Positions 62,011 to 64,000 of a DNA stretch of 64,000 nucleotides are shown one piece after another. The translations under genes and the position numbers were made by a program. This DNA is from Candidatus Latescibacterota bacterium. GTDB taxonomy: Bacteria > Latescibacterota > UBA2968 > UBA8231. The stretch lies in assembly GCA_963422735.1 (NCBI GenBank), contig OY730476.1:4288001-4352000 (forward strand), in the 5' to 3' direction. Numbering within the stretch: the first letter of the stretch is position 1; every line of letters starts with the position of its first letter. Below the pieces are notes generated by a model. The model worked only from the letters and a program-made list of their open reading frames with translations. It ran no database searches and was not told the origin of the DNA.

Positions 62011-62786
62011 GCGCTGTCCCTTTCCCAGGCCGTAGCCCGGCGCACCTCGTCGTCGGCCAGCGCGTCCCAGCGCATTGTTGCACCAAGCTGGCGACTAAAG
62101 CCCTCGACCAAGCAATTGACCAGCGCGGCCCGGTCGATTGACCGACCCATGCAAGACTGTAAATCCGTGCTGTGCTCTTGTACCTGCCGGGTCCATTTTT
62201 GCCGCGCACCCTCGTCAATCTTCATAAGTTGCGGCAGACGCTCGTGCGCCCGGCCGAGCAAGATCGACCCGTGTTGCAGCAAGCGATGTCCGTAGCGTCG
62301 CTGTGCGCTGCCGACCAGCTTGCGCTGCCGGCACTTGAGCTCCCAGCGCGCCGTGCTGCCAAAGCAAGGACCCGACCGCGAGATCCCAACGCAACGATCG
62401 GCTCTTTCTAGCTCGACGGGGGCCCCGAAAAGCCGCAGCCCCTCGGCCAAGCACGCGCCTATCTTGCGGTGCGTCGCTTCTATCCCACCGCCCGCGACCA
62501 ATACCTCCGCGACGCAGACGACGCTGTAGGTCAATTCCTCCCAGTGCAGTACCGCGCGCCCGCCTGTGGGCCGGCGCACCAAGTTGATGCCCAGTGCGCG
62601 GCAGGCTTCTACATTGGCCTCGCGCTCGGGCTGCTGGTTCCAGCCGCAGGAGATAGCTGGCGGGTCCCAGCCGTAGAACCGCAGCACCGGGCCTTGGGCC
62701 GCGTCAGCGGCGAGAAGATGATCGACGCCCATGTTGTACATGCCACAGTTGGCACCCGTATCGACGACGCGCCAAGCAAGGTCCAT
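62007..62786 (-). CDS. Lipoate-protein ligase A family (LipM-like octanoyltransferase)
   Basis: [30 protein letters not shown]. Confidence 0.85.
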   Translation of the reverse strand: MDLAWRVVDTGANCGMYNMGVDHLLAADAAQGPVLRFYGWDPPAISCGWNQQPEREANVEACRALGINLVRRPTGGRAVLHWEELTYSVVCVAEVLVAGGGIEATHRKIGACLAEGLRLFGAPVELERADRCVGISRSGPCFGSTARWELKCRQRKLVGSAQRRYGHRLLQHGSILLGRAHERLPQLMKIDEGARQKWTRQVQEHSTDLQSCMGRSIDRAALVNCLVEGFSRQLGATMRWDALADDEVRRATAWERDSA

Positions 62787-63544
62787 TAGAGTGCGTCCAA
62801 ACTCTCGAGGGCGTCCTTGGCCGCCATCTGTTGCGCCTCCTTCTTGCTCCGTCCCTGGCCCCGACCTATGCGCTGGCCGGTGATACACACTTCGATGCTG
62901 AAGATCTTGTCGTGGTCTGGCCCCTCCTCTGCGCGAACCAAGTAGCGGGGATGGCCATTACCCATGCTCTGCGCGTATTCGAGCAACTTGCTCTTGAAGT
63001 TGACGTACGCGTCCTGTTGAACTAGTTGGTGAAAATCCGCGAGCACGGCGCGCCGGACAAAGGCGCGGGCGGCGGACAAGCCACCGTCGATATAGATCGC
63101 TCCAATCAGCGACTCCAAGGCGTCGCAGAGGATCGATGGCTGTTGTCCGCCGTTGGCCTCGCGCTCGTCCGCGCTCAGCAACACAAAATCCCTCACCCCA
63201 AGGCGATCCGCTTGGCGCGCCAGCACCGTGCGGCTGACCAACAGCGACTTCATCTGGGTTAAATCGCCCTCGCCCTTGTCCTCAAAGCGGTGGAAGAGGT
63301 AGTCGGTGACCAACAGCTCCAGCACGGCGTCCCCGAGAAATTCGAGCCGCTCGTTCGACTCAATGCGGTCGCTGCCCTCCTCAGCGTACACATACGATCG
63401 ATGCTTGAGGGCCTTGACCAACAAATCCTTGTCCTTGAAGTAGTAGCCCAACCGATTTTCGAGGGCGCACTGCGAATCCAAGGCAAGCTTTTCTGGGTCG
63501 CCCGCCGATTTGCGGCGATTCCAAAGGGTTGAAATCCAGCTCAT
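62786..63544 (-). CDS. rnc: Ribonuclease III
   Basis: NERLEFLGDAVL; dsRBD GRSKKEAQQ.AA. Confidence 0.95.
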   Translation of the reverse strand: MSWISTLWNRRKSAGDPEKLALDSQCALENRLGYYFKDKDLLVKALKHRSYVYAEEGSDRIESNERLEFLGDAVLELLVTDYLFHRFEDKGEGDLTQMKSLLVSRTVLARQADRLGVRDFVLLSADEREANGGQQPSILCDALESLIGAIYIDGGLSAARAFVRRAVLADFHQLVQQDAYVNFKSKLLEYAQSMGNGHPRYLVRAEEGPDHDKIFSIEVCITGQRIGRGQGRSKKEAQQMAAKDALESLDAL

Positions 63545-63588
63545 CTGCCTAATACCCGATTGAAAACCCCGTTTGCACGGGGAGTGTG

Positions 63589-64000
63589 TTAGCCGGTAAA
63601 ACGACCAAATACCAGTGCCGCGTTGTGGCCGCCAAAGCCAAAGGAATTGTTGAGGGCGTAGTTTACCTCCTGCACGCGGCGCGCCTTGTTGGGCACGTAG
63701 TCGAGGTCGCATTCGGGGTCGGGGTTTTCGTAGTTGATCGTCGGCGGTAGGACCCCGCTTTTGAGTGCCATGATGCAGGCGATGCTCTCGATGGCTCCGG
63801 CTGCGCCCAACAGATGCCCGGTCATCGACTTGGTCGAACTCACGGCCACGCGGTCGATGTGGCCGGCAAAAACCGCCTTGAGCGCCGCAGTCTCCTGCTG
63901 GTCGCCCATGGGCGTCGAGGTGCCGTGGGCATTGACGTAGCCGATGTCGCTTGGTTCCAAGCCCCCGTCCTGCAGCGCAATGCGTATGGCCCGCGCCCCG
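63589..64000 (-). CDS. fabF: Beta-ketoacyl-ACP synthase II (partial, 3' part)
   Basis: [33 protein letters not shown]; runs off window end. Confidence 0.92.
   Translation of the reverse strand, partial: GARAIRIALQDGGLEPSDIGYVNAHGTSTPMGDQQETAALKAVFAGHIDRVAVSSTKSMTGHLLGAAGAIESIACIMALKSGVLPPTINYENPDPECDLDYVPNKARRVQEVNYALNNSFGFGGHNAALVFGRFTG

Overview
GC-rich bacterial window, mostly minus-strand operons. The protein families (FlgD/T9SS-like C-termini, DUF6785-like membrane proteins, a 'WGRIK' C-terminal motif) suggest an FCB-superphylum lineage such as Latescibacterota; this is inference. Contents in order: (1) TPR-containing SGNH and GT-C genes plus an enolase-family gene. (2) A ~17 kb co-oriented exported-protein locus (22.9->6.0 kb): promoter, a WGRIK-tailed protein followed by a strong hairpin, three paralogous 'PNGDGVND'-tailed proteins, two paralogous ~930-940 aa Asp/Asn-rich putative outer-membrane proteins and a lipoprotein foldase. 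This is the best candidate for an undescribed surface-assembly system. (3) A solute-binding protein / DUF6785 / rhaM cluster and trkAH. (4) A complete N-methylglutamate methylamine-utilisation operon (mgsABC-gmaS-mgdABCD-like) split by two defence insertions: a type I R-M locus whose HsdS is fused to two MNT domains and flanked by two HEPN-type genes, and a decayed HNH/MTase pair. (5) Housekeeping genes (nadK, ppiD-like, oppDF-like, lipoate ligase, rnc, fabF). Non-coding signals: telomere-like heptamer arrays abutting start codons, palindromic elements inserted in R-M coding sequences, and recurrent 21-32 bp duplications of stop/RBS junctions flanking small inserts. Family assignments are by motif recognition only; no database search was run.
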